From positions 14,907-78,906 of the forward strand of contig DUVQ01000121.1 of NCBI GenBank assembly GCA_012840965.1: a DNA stretch of 64,000 bases, given 5' to 3'. The position numbers and the translations under genes are program-made. Source of the stretch: Oligoflexales bacterium. GTDB taxonomy: Bacteria > Myxococcota_A > UBA9042 > DTJE01. Below the pieces are notes generated by a model that was given only the letters and a program-made list of their open reading frames with translations, did not search any database and was not told the origin of the DNA. Numbering within the stretch: the first letter of the stretch is position 1; every line of letters begins with the position of its first letter. Of the stretch, positions 55,886 to 64,000 are shown piece by piece.

Positions 55886-56197
55886 GTGGCTGTAGTCAAT
55901 AAAGGAACTTGGGTTGAGATTGAATCGGTGGTTTTAACGCCTGAAGAAAGGGCGCCTGGGATTCCGCCAGAAACTGCAAAGTGCCCCTTGGTTATGAAGG
56001 TTTCCGGGTTTTTGGCCAATGATGCCTCGCTGGGTGACGAAGTTCGCGTTTACACCATGATCGGGCGCCAAGTTAAGGGACGTTTGGCCACGATTAATCC
56101 TGGATATGACCACAGCTTTGGGTCCACGGTGTCAGAACTGCTGCAAATTGGACGGACACCTGATGTGCCTGCACAACAAGGAGGCCAAAATGACTGA
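55886..56197 (+). CDS. ortA: 2-amino-4-ketopentanoate thiolase alpha subunit
   Basis: About 103 aa. VAVVNKGTWVEIE aligns with the OrtA N-terminus (MKAKKGDWVQI). GTG start after an AAGGAGG RBS. Confidence 0.7.
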   Translation: MAVVNKGTWVEIESVVLTPEERAPGIPPETAKCPLVMKVSGFLANDASLGDEVRVYTMIGRQVKGRLATINPGYDHSFGSTVSELLQIGRTPDVPAQQGGQND

Positions 56198-57605
56198 TCA
56201 CAGCTACCAAGCGGTTTTAAAACGAAAAAACCAGATCATGAAGGCCAGCCTTGGAATCGACTTTGATTCCTATGAAACCAGCCCAATCGCCTTTGATTAT
56301 GAAAAACTGATGCTTGACACTGGCTATTCAATTGAAGAAATCGCCGCAATTCAGGCCAGATCAAAGGTTGGAAACACCCCCCTTTATGAATTGACTAGGC
56401 TGACTGAACTTGTGCGCCAAACTACCGCCCCTGGTAAAGGTGCAAGGATCCTGCTTAAAGATGAGGCCGCAAATGCATCTGGGTCTTTCAAGGCTCGCAG
56501 GGCAAGTATCAGCATTCACGAAGCCAAAAGACTTGGGTTTAAAGGCGTTATCGCCGCAACTTCTGGAAACTATGGAGCGGCTGTAGCCAGCCAAGCGGCT
56601 ATGCATGGTCTAAAGTGCATCGTAATTCAGGAAGTGTTTGACAGTAAAGGGGTTTGTCAGCCTGAAATCATTGAAAAATCCAGGGCTTGTGAGGCATATG
56701 GCGCGGAAGTTCAAAGGCTTTCTGTCGGGCCAGAACTGTTTTATGTCCTTTTAAAGACCTTGGAAGAAACAGGCTTTTTTAACGCCAGCCTTTACACTCC
56801 GTTTGGGATCAGGGGGGTCGAAACTCTGGGCTATGAAATCGCCCAGCAGGTTCGGGCCAGGTACGGCAAGGCGCCTGAAGCCGTAGTTGTTACACACGCA
56901 GGTGGAGGCAATCTGACTGGTACAGCAAGGGGGCTGTTGGCGGCCGGGTGCAAGGACACCAAGGTAGTCGCCTGCTCAGTCGATCTAAAAGGCCTGCACA
57001 TGGCATCGGACATCGACTTCAACAAAAAGAGCTTCACCACCGGCCACACTGGCTTTGGGGTTCCTTTCGCCACATGGCCAGATCGGGTTGACGTCCCAAG
57101 AAACGCCGCCAGAAGCCTGCGCTATATGGATGAATACCAGCTGGTCAGCCAAGGTGAGGTGTTTTATGTCACCGAACTGCTGGCAAAGCTAGAGGGGCTT
57201 GAGCGCGGACCCGCCGGGAACACCAGTCTGACCGCGGCAATTACCTTGGCAAGGCAGATGGACCAGGATGAGATAGTTGTAGTTCAGGAAACCGAGTACA
57301 CGGGCGCTGGAAAGCACCACAACAGCCAGTTGTCCTTTGCCAAGCAAAACGGAATCGAGATCCTGGTTGGTGACCCGTCCCAGAACATCCCAGGCAAAAA
57401 CATCATCCTGCCCAGAAGTCTGGATGATGTCAGAGGGCGACCTCAGGACATGGATCGCCTGAGGCTGTCTTATCTGAAAAACGCCGACAAGGTTCACAGT
57501 TCGAACAATTGGAACGCAGGTGATATCGAGTTTCTGGCATCTGACCTGAAAACAAGTTCCAGTTGGGTAAGGGACGCAATAAGAAACGGCTTTAAGGGGA
57601 CATAG
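56190..57605 (+). CDS. ortB: 2-amino-4-ketopentanoate thiolase beta subunit (PLP-dependent, Trp-synthase-beta fold)
   Basis: 471 aa. PLP-lysine region ANASGSFKARRA. AAGGAGG RBS. Confidence 0.75.
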   Translation: MTDHSYQAVLKRKNQIMKASLGIDFDSYETSPIAFDYEKLMLDTGYSIEEIAAIQARSKVGNTPLYELTRLTELVRQTTAPGKGARILLKDEAANASGSFKARRASISIHEAKRLGFKGVIAATSGNYGAAVASQAAMHGLKCIVIQEVFDSKGVCQPEIIEKSRACEAYGAEVQRLSVGPELFYVLLKTLEETGFFNASLYTPFGIRGVETLGYEIAQQVRARYGKAPEAVVVTHAGGGNLTGTARGLLAAGCKDTKVVACSVDLKGLHMASDIDFNKKSFTTGHTGFGVPFATWPDRVDVPRNAARSLRYMDEYQLVSQGEVFYVTELLAKLEGLERGPAGNTSLTAAITLARQMDQDEIVVVQETEYTGAGKHHNSQLSFAKQNGIEILVGDPSQNIPGKNIILPRSLDDVRGRPQDMDRLRLSYLKNADKVHSSNNWNAGDIEFLASDLKTSSSWVRDAIRNGFKGT

Positions 57606-57614
57606 GGGGCTTGG

Positions 57615-57965
57615 ATGAGTAGCGACAGGCAGCAGACGTTTAAGCAGCGACAGCTTGATAAGCTGACAGATGAGCAGCTAAAGGAACGCTTTTGGCAGCT
57701 TACCAATCAGATTGTTAAACCAATTGTTGAGCTTGCAAAAACTCACACAAGCCCATCCATTGAGCGGTCGATCTTGCTTCGAATGGGCATTGATTCGGTG
57801 TCAAGTCACGGCGTGGTGCAAAGGATTTTGGATGCTGGGCTGCTTGGAAAGGGGGCTGGGCACGTCCTTTTGAAACTGGCTCAAAGGCAAAACATCGACG
57901 TGCGAGCCGCAGCCCAACTTATTCTGGATGATGCCAGTGTTTTAACAGGGCTTTTTAAATCGTAG
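57615..57965 (+). CDS. oraS: D-ornithine 4,5-aminomutase subunit alpha
   Basis: 116 aa small subunit immediately upstream of the B12 subunit. Confidence 0.65.
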   Translation: MSSDRQQTFKQRQLDKLTDEQLKERFWQLTNQIVKPIVELAKTHTSPSIERSILLRMGIDSVSSHGVVQRILDAGLLGKGAGHVLLKLAQRQNIDVRAAAQLILDDASVLTGLFKS

Positions 57966-57974
57966 GGGGCCGTT

Positions 57975-60173
57975 GTGAAAAAACCGATAAAGCCCGAAGA
58001 AAAACTAGATATAGAGGACCTGGTTCATGGGCTTGAAAACTACCACCCACCTAGAAAGGGATGGACTTGGCGAATAAAACCTGCTGATGGCGTGGAAATG
58101 GGCCCCTTTCACTTTAAGGATATGTCCACTCCTTTAAAGAAATCAATAGGTTTGCCGGCATCTAAGTACTTTGATTTTATCGATCCTCAGCCCTCCTGCG
58201 TGGTTACAACCGAGATTGCCTCGGGACGATTTGAAGACGACATTCGTAGGATGCGCATGGCGGCTTGGCATGGTGCTGACCATCTGATGGTGATTAGAAC
58301 CACTGGCCAAAGCCACATCGATGGGCTGTTGGAAGGGACCCCAGAGGGGATTGGCGGTGTGCCAATAACTAGGAAGCAGATTCGAGCCAGCAGAAAGGCG
58401 TGCGATCTGATCGAAGAAGAGGTGGGGCGTCCGATAAATTTCCACAGCTATGTGTCAGGGGTGGCAGGCCCTGAAGTCGCGGTTTTATTTGCTGAAGAGG
58501 GTATAAACGGCGCCCATCAGGACCCTCAGTACAACGTTTTGTATCGAAACGTGAACATGTATCGCTCGTTTGTGGATGCAGCCGAGGCCAAGCATGTGAT
58601 GGCTGGGGCCAGGATCTTCCAAATTGACGGCGCCCACAACGCAAATGCGACTGCTAAGGCTGGCTGGTTGGTGATGCCAGAGTTGATGGTCCAGCATGGC
58701 ATTAACTGCGCTTTTTCAGTGGCCGCTGGAATGGATAAGCAGTTGATTGGCCTTTCAACGGTGCCTCCAAATTCGCCGCCTGCCCCCAAGTTGTGGTACG
58801 ACCTGCCATATGCTGTGGCGCTTCGGGACTTCTTTTCCGAGTACAAGATGAGGGCCCAGCAAAATACCAGGTACATCGAGGCCGATATTGAAGAGGCCAT
58901 TAGAACCCACACGGTGGACACCCTGATTTCGATGCTTACCAGGGCAGACGTGCAAAGCACCATCACCCCTGATGAAGGGCGAAATGTGCCGTGGCACTAC
59001 AACAACATCCGCGGGGTCCAGACCGTGAAGCAGACTTGGGCCGCTTTGGATGGGATAAACGAACTGCTGACGCTGCGCTATGACGGTCCCCTTGGGGAAA
59101 TGGCAAGGGACATCAAGGAAAGGGCAGTTGGCTTTTTGGAGGAAATCATTGAGGTTGGCGGCTATTTTGCGGCGGTTGAAAGGGGCTTTTTCGTTGATTC
59201 AGCCAAGTATCCAGACCGAAATGGCGATGGGATAGCCCGCGATGGGGCAGGTGGGGTGGGGGCCGACACCTTGGTGCCAAGGGACCCAGACTACATGGCC
59301 CCAGTGTGTGACCACTTTGGCAATAATGCGTTGCCCGACGGTTTGAACAAGCCATGTGACCTGATAGGCGGCTGCACGTTGTGCGACCCATCTAAGATCG
59401 TTTTCATCGATGAACTGGACCCTGACGACAACTGCCACAAACGCCTGGAAACCACCCGCCCATATCGTACTGGAGGCAAGATCAAGCCTGAGGTAGAGTG
59501 GGCTGGTGATGGGATCGTTTTGGTACAGTTGTTTGTCCCTGAAAATGAAGATATCGCCCCAGTTTATGCTGTGGAAATGGCCAAAAAGATGGGGCTTGGC
59601 GACCCAGAGGTCATCAATATCCAGGTCATGCATCCCAGTGAAGGCTGCTTTGTGGAAGTAAAGGGCAGGGTCGATTTTGAGATAGACAGAAGCAGCCTGA
59701 AGATCCCTGAAAAAGAGGTCATGCTGCCCGAAGATGAACTGCGGCGGGTGGTAAAAGAAGTTGGCCTCAAAGTCGTTGCTGGCACTGTTGGCGAAGATGA
59801 ACACAGCGTTGGCTTAAGGGAAATCTTGGACATCAAGCACGGTGGAATCGAAAAATATGGCGTGAAGTACCACTACCTGGGGACGTCGGTGCCTGTGGAC
59901 AAGCTTGTGGATGCAGCCATCGAAACTGGCGCTCATGCGATTTTGATATCCACGATTATCAGCCACAACGATGTCCACCGCGCCCAGATGAGGAAGCTTG
60001 CAGAACTCTGTATTGAAAAGGGAATTCGAGATAAAGTAATCCTGATTGCAGGTGGCACTCAGGTGAACCGGGAAATGGCAAAGGAAACTGGCCTTGATGC
60101 AACCTTTGGACGAGGCACAAAGGGTGTGCACGTGGTGAACGCCATGGTAAAAGCATTACGCTCGATGCGGTGA
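57975..60173 (+). CDS. oraE: D-ornithine 4,5-aminomutase subunit beta (PLP TIM-barrel plus C-terminal B12-binding domain)
   Basis: 732 aa. C-terminal DxHxxG cobalamin motif (GEDEHSVG) and ILISTII...GG Rossmann segment. Confidence 0.8.
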   Translation: MKKPIKPEEKLDIEDLVHGLENYHPPRKGWTWRIKPADGVEMGPFHFKDMSTPLKKSIGLPASKYFDFIDPQPSCVVTTEIASGRFEDDIRRMRMAAWHGADHLMVIRTTGQSHIDGLLEGTPEGIGGVPITRKQIRASRKACDLIEEEVGRPINFHSYVSGVAGPEVAVLFAEEGINGAHQDPQYNVLYRNVNMYRSFVDAAEAKHVMAGARIFQIDGAHNANATAKAGWLVMPELMVQHGINCAFSVAAGMDKQLIGLSTVPPNSPPAPKLWYDLPYAVALRDFFSEYKMRAQQNTRYIEADIEEAIRTHTVDTLISMLTRADVQSTITPDEGRNVPWHYNNIRGVQTVKQTWAALDGINELLTLRYDGPLGEMARDIKERAVGFLEEIIEVGGYFAAVERGFFVDSAKYPDRNGDGIARDGAGGVGADTLVPRDPDYMAPVCDHFGNNALPDGLNKPCDLIGGCTLCDPSKIVFIDELDPDDNCHKRLETTRPYRTGGKIKPEVEWAGDGIVLVQLFVPENEDIAPVYAVEMAKKMGLGDPEVINIQVMHPSEGCFVEVKGRVDFEIDRSSLKIPEKEVMLPEDELRRVVKEVGLKVVAGTVGEDEHSVGLREILDIKHGGIEKYGVKYHYLGTSVPVDKLVDAAIETGAHAILISTIISHNDVHRAQMRKLAELCIEKGIRDKVILIAGGTQVNREMAKETGLDATFGRGTKGVHVVNAMVKALRSMR

Positions 60174-60189
60174 ACTTGGTGGGGGTTTT

Positions 60190-61491
60190 GTGGCTATTGA
60201 GGTCCTGACCATCGAAGTCGGATCTACCATCACAAAGGTGATTGGGTTTGCACGCCTGCCAGGCGGCGGTTTTTCGGCGATTGCCAGGGGATTTGCACCG
60301 ACGTCCTTGGCGGATGTTGGGATTGGGGTTGATCAGGCGCTGGCTGACTTGAAGCAGCCTTGGGATCAGGCCGAGATTTTTATAAACAGCTCTGCTGCTG
60401 GTGGCCTGCGGATGACTGTTCATGGGCTGACCGCGTCAATGACCGCCAGAGCCGCCAAGGAAGCGGCCCTAGGTGCTGGTGCAATCGTCAAGCTTGTAAC
60501 AGTTGGACCACTAGATAATTATCAACTTGATGATATTAAACGCATTTCTCCAAATCTAATCTTGCTTGCCGGTGGGGTTGACCACGGTGAAAGGCATACC
60601 GTCCTTGAAAATGCCCATAAATTGGCAGACATGCGCTTAAACATTCCAGTTTTGTATGCTGGTAACATTGATTTACAGCGTCCCGTGGTCGAAATCTTTG
60701 GGGCGGGCCGCGTTGAAATCGCTGAAAACATCTTTCCAGAAGTCGATGTGCTGAATATAGAGCCGCTAAGGCGCTTAATTCATGAGGCTTTTAATAGGCA
60801 CATAATCCACGCACCTGGAATGGAGCGTCTTGGTCAGATAACGAAACATCCAGTGTTGCCTACGCCTGGGGCTGTGTTGCTTGGTGCGGAACTGTTTGCC
60901 AAAGTGGCTGGTGACTGCATGGTGTTTGATGTTGGTGGCGCCACCACGGATGTTCATTCAGTAACACAGGGCGATCCCAAGTGGTACTCCAGTCAGGTGC
61001 AACCAGAGCCGCTGGCAAAACGCACGGTGGAAGGCGACCTTGGAGTCTTTGTAAACGCTGCCAACTTGGCAAAGCTGGCGCTGCCAAACCAGCCTTTGCC
61101 GGCGCTTGAGCATTTGGCCGCGGTGCCTAAAACCAAAGAGCAGATCGAATTGACCAGGTGGCTTTGTTGTCAAGCCGTTGAAATTGCAGCAAAACGTCAT
61201 GCTGGGACCGTGTCGCAGATATATACCCCAACCGGTCGCCGTACCATCGTCAAGGGCAAGGATCTGACAGCGGTATCGTTCATCATTGCAACAGGTGGGG
61301 CGTTGACCCAAGTCCCAGGCGCTGTCGACTGCATTAGACGCGTCTGCACCGGGGCCAAAGACAGCTTGTTACCAGAACCTGGGACAACCGTGTTGGTCGA
61401 CGAGCAGTATATTTTCAGTGCCCTTGGGACTTTGGCCCAGTTTTATCCGGATGATGTGGCAAAAAGCTTTAACAATTTCCAACGTCACTGA
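60190..61491 (+). CDS. GlmL/MutL-like actin-fold ATPase, putative B12-enzyme reactivase/chaperone
   Basis: 433 aa. N-terminal VLTIEVGSTITKV (ASKHA phosphate-1 motif). Context between oraE and orr matches clostridial clusters. Confidence 0.55.
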   Translation: MAIEVLTIEVGSTITKVIGFARLPGGGFSAIARGFAPTSLADVGIGVDQALADLKQPWDQAEIFINSSAAGGLRMTVHGLTASMTARAAKEAALGAGAIVKLVTVGPLDNYQLDDIKRISPNLILLAGGVDHGERHTVLENAHKLADMRLNIPVLYAGNIDLQRPVVEIFGAGRVEIAENIFPEVDVLNIEPLRRLIHEAFNRHIIHAPGMERLGQITKHPVLPTPGAVLLGAELFAKVAGDCMVFDVGGATTDVHSVTQGDPKWYSSQVQPEPLAKRTVEGDLGVFVNAANLAKLALPNQPLPALEHLAAVPKTKEQIELTRWLCCQAVEIAAKRHAGTVSQIYTPTGRRTIVKGKDLTAVSFIIATGGALTQVPGAVDCIRRVCTGAKDSLLPEPGTTVLVDEQYIFSALGTLAQFYPDDVAKSFNNFQRH

Positions 61492-61505
61492 ATAAGGAGA
61501 CTGAC

Positions 61506-62585
61506 ATGCCAGTAAACACACCGCGCCTGGAAATTTACACCGAGCGGATTGCGATGAACGCCAAAGCTGTAATTGGAATGTGTCATAGTCACGGGATCCA
61601 AGTGGCGGCAGCGACAAAGGTGGTGTGTGGCCATTCGGCTGTAACCCACGCACTTGAAGCAGGTGGGGCAGACATGCTGGCCGATAGCCGCGTTCGCAAT
61701 CTGCGCAGAATTGTGGAGGCAGGCATCAGTCGCCCCTTGATGATGCTGCGAATTCCAGCCCCTAGTTGGGTTGCTGATGTGGTTAATTATGCGGAGATAT
61801 CGTTAAACAGCAGTGTCGACACCATTGAGATGCTGTCTGATGCAGCTGAGTTAAGGGGGCTTCGTCATCAAGTCATCGTCATGGTTGACGTGGGTGATCT
61901 GCGAGAGGGTGTGCCGCCTGAGCGTGCTATTGATGTGGTCAAGGAAACGGCACATCTGCCAGGCGTTGAAATAGTTGGATTTGGCGCGAATCTGGCCTGT
62001 TTTGGGGGTGTAATCCCAACACGCAAAAACATGCAGACTTTGGTTGATGTCCGCAACGAATGTCGACGCGTGTGCGGCCTGGAACTGCCCATTTTATCAG
62101 GTGGAAACAGTGCAAACCTGCCGTTGGTTGTCCAAGGTGAAATGCCAAAAGAGATAAACCATCTGCGCGTTGGTGAGGCCATTGTCCTTGGCAGAAATGT
62201 GATCGACCGCTCGCCATGGGAGGGTACCAGGCAGGATACCTTCAGCATGGTTGCAGAAGTGCTGGAAGTTGAAAAGAAGGCCTCCTATCCGATTGGTGAT
62301 AGAGGGCAGGACGCATTTGGGGGCACCCCGGATTTTATCGATTACGGGATGCGCCTGAGGGCAATATGTAACATCGGTCGCCAAGATGTTATTGTCGACG
62401 GGATTCAGCCTGAGATGCCTGGCATTAAGGTACTTGGTGGCAGCAGCGACCATCTGATTTTGGATGTTGAAGATGCCGCCGTTCCTGTTAATGTCGGTGA
62501 TGAGCTTGGGTTTACACCAACATACGGCGCCTTATTGGCATTAAGTACTAGCCCTTATGTACAAAAAGTGGTGGTGCGTGGATGA
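61506..62585 (+). CDS. orr: Ornithine racemase (alanine-racemase-fold PLP enzyme)
   Basis: 359 aa. Alr-N-like barrel (AATKVVCGH). Position in the cluster. Confidence 0.65.
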   Translation: MPVNTPRLEIYTERIAMNAKAVIGMCHSHGIQVAAATKVVCGHSAVTHALEAGGADMLADSRVRNLRRIVEAGISRPLMMLRIPAPSWVADVVNYAEISLNSSVDTIEMLSDAAELRGLRHQVIVMVDVGDLREGVPPERAIDVVKETAHLPGVEIVGFGANLACFGGVIPTRKNMQTLVDVRNECRRVCGLELPILSGGNSANLPLVVQGEMPKEINHLRVGEAIVLGRNVIDRSPWEGTRQDTFSMVAEVLEVEKKASYPIGDRGQDAFGGTPDFIDYGMRLRAICNIGRQDVIVDGIQPEMPGIKVLGGSSDHLILDVEDAAVPVNVGDELGFTPTYGALLALSTSPYVQKVVVRG

Positions 62586-63724
62586 CACAAGAACACCTGA
62601 ATTTAGTCCGTATTGATCTGGGTGCCATAAAGTCAAACTTGGAGGCCATCAAAGAAGCCATAGGTCCAGAAAGGCAGATTTTGGCTATGGTTAAAGGCAA
62701 CGCCTATGGTCATGGCGATTTGCAAGTGGCGCAAATGATTGAAGATACTGGGTGTGCCCAGGTGTTGGGTGTCGCTTGCCCCAGCGAGGCCCAGGGGCTG
62801 AGGGCAGGTGGAATCAAGATGCCAATACTGATTCTGACGCCAACTATTCCCGCAAATCTTGAAACTGCGATTAAAGCCGACGTTATTTTGAGCGTTTGTG
62901 GCCAAAGGGAGGCCTTGGCTGCAGGCCAAGTCGCTGCAAAGTTGGGCAAGTGTGTCTCAGTTCACATTAAGGTCGACACTGGAATGGGGCGAGTTGGAGT
63001 GCCCCCAGAAGGGGCGGTAGAACTTGCCAACCTGATTGAGCAACAACCAAGCCTTAAGCTTGAAGGAATAATGACCCATCTTCCGTCCAGCGATTCGATT
63101 GCTGGCGACGAAATTTCGTGGACTAAAAAGCAGATTGCGCGATTTGCACAAGTGGTGGCAGACGTCAACAACGCGATTGGGCGCAAGATTATTGCCCACT
63201 GTGCCAACTCGGCCGCCGTCTTGGCCCACCCAGACGCGTGGTTTGATATGGTTCGTCCAGGAGTCATGATTTATGGCTACAAACCTGACCCGGCTTGCCC
63301 TTCAACTATCGCGCTAAAACCAGCCATGTCCATGTTTAGCAAGGTCATTTTTATCAAAAAGATTCCAGGTGGCCAATCGGTAAGCTATGGCAGGACTTGG
63401 AAGGCAGATTTTCCAACCACTGTGGCCACCATCGGAGTTGGTTACGCAGATGGATACAACCGACTGTTTTCAAACAAGGGACGTGTTTTGATTAAGGGGC
63501 GCAGCTATCCGGTGATTGGGCGAGTCTGCATGAATATGATCATGGCGGATGTTGGTGCAGACCCCGACATATCCATCGGAGATGACGTCGTTTTGATGGG
63601 GCGCGACGGCGATCAAGAGATCACCTGTGAGGAATGGGCGGCAAAACTCGGCAGCATCCCCTATGAAGTTACCTGTCGAATTGATGCCAGAATACCGAGG
63701 CAGTTTTTGGGGCTGAACGATTGA
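62582..63724 (+). CDS. alr: Alanine racemase
   Basis: MVKGNAYGHG PLP-Lys motif; 380 aa; C-terminal beta domain. Confidence 0.8.
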   Translation: MTQEHLNLVRIDLGAIKSNLEAIKEAIGPERQILAMVKGNAYGHGDLQVAQMIEDTGCAQVLGVACPSEAQGLRAGGIKMPILILTPTIPANLETAIKADVILSVCGQREALAAGQVAAKLGKCVSVHIKVDTGMGRVGVPPEGAVELANLIEQQPSLKLEGIMTHLPSSDSIAGDEISWTKKQIARFAQVVADVNNAIGRKIIAHCANSAAVLAHPDAWFDMVRPGVMIYGYKPDPACPSTIALKPAMSMFSKVIFIKKIPGGQSVSYGRTWKADFPTTVATIGVGYADGYNRLFSNKGRVLIKGRSYPVIGRVCMNMIMADVGADPDISIGDDVVLMGRDGDQEITCEEWAAKLGSIPYEVTCRIDARIPRQFLGLND

Positions 63725-63782
63725 TTCAAAACCTCCAATGGCGTACTCTAACGGCGGAATTTTGGCTTGCCAGGTGGATTCA

Positions 63783-64000
63783 TTGGTAAAAAACCTGACA
63801 TTTTTGGCGATTGTCGCGCTTGGTCTTGCTAGCTGGAGCTGTAAACCTGAGCGCCCGACTGGGGTGTCTGTCGCTCCTGTCGAGACCAAGCGTGAGGACC
63901 CTGCCGCTGAAGTGGTGGTAGCCAGGATCAATGATCGTCTGATCAAGTTTGGCGAGATTGAAGAGCGGCTTGAATCCTTACCAGTGTTTGTAAGGGTCAG
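63783..64000 (+). CDS. Partial (5' end only) secreted protein. The N-terminus resembles SurA/PpiC-type chaperone starts.
   Basis: TTG/GTG start region. Signal-like LTFLAIVALGLASWSC, then ...VARINDRLIKFGEIEERL. Runs off the window end. Confidence 0.3.
   Translation, partial: MVKNLTFLAIVALGLASWSCKPERPTGVSVAPVETKREDPAAEVVVARINDRLIKFGEIEERLESLPVFVRV

Overview
This 64 kb window looks like chromosomal DNA from a Myxococcota/Bdellovibrionota-like (delta-proteobacterial) lineage, at roughly 50% GC by eye. The lineage guess is an inference from three kinds of secreted cysteine-rich repeat proteins: Myxococcus cysteine-rich repeat type, MopE-type CDGxDxDCDG motifs, and formylglycine-generating-enzyme (FGE)-domain lipoproteins.

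The centre of the window (18.7-34.9 kb) is the conserved ribosomal super-operon. It runs rpsL-rpsG-fusA, then the S10-spc-alpha genes through secY-infA-rpmJ-rpsM-rpsK-rpsD-rpoA-rplQ, then tRNA-Gln and tRNA-Glu. rplC (L3), rpmD (L30), tuf, adk and map are absent from it.

The rest is accessory-like:
- A NuoB-family gene is tightly followed by a permuted tandem bacterial microcompartment shell gene (BMC-T, CcmP/CsoS1D-like) at 0.15-1.3 kb.
- A second microcompartment satellite pair, PduS-like flavo-FeS protein plus PduT-like FeS shell protein, sits just upstream of rpsL.
- A Cys-rich lipoprotein, ECF sigma and anti-sigma module lies at 1.4-4.4 kb.
- A prepilin peptidase and an ArnT-like glycosyltransferase follow.
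- A ~10 kb island (38.2-48.2 kb) holds a Myxococcus-type Cys-repeat lipoprotein, a radical SAM enzyme, tRNA-Leu, and three tandem paralogous lipoproteins (octa-Cys repeat arrays plus a C-terminal FGE domain). One paralog junction is frameshifted.
- A NifH-like ATPase with a half-size NifD/K-like partner (candidate nitrogenase-like reductase) is at 48.3-50.6 kb.
- A complete Clostridium-type B12/PLP-dependent ornithine oxidative degradation cluster (ord-ortAB-oraSE-reactivase-orr-alr) is at 54.8-63.7 kb.

G-rich hexamer (GGGRCA)n tracts recur at five intergenic sites, and a ~65 nt conserved element occurs twice. No transposase, integrase or CRISPR array was seen. All calls rest on reading the six-frame translations and the raw sequence by eye, with no database search.
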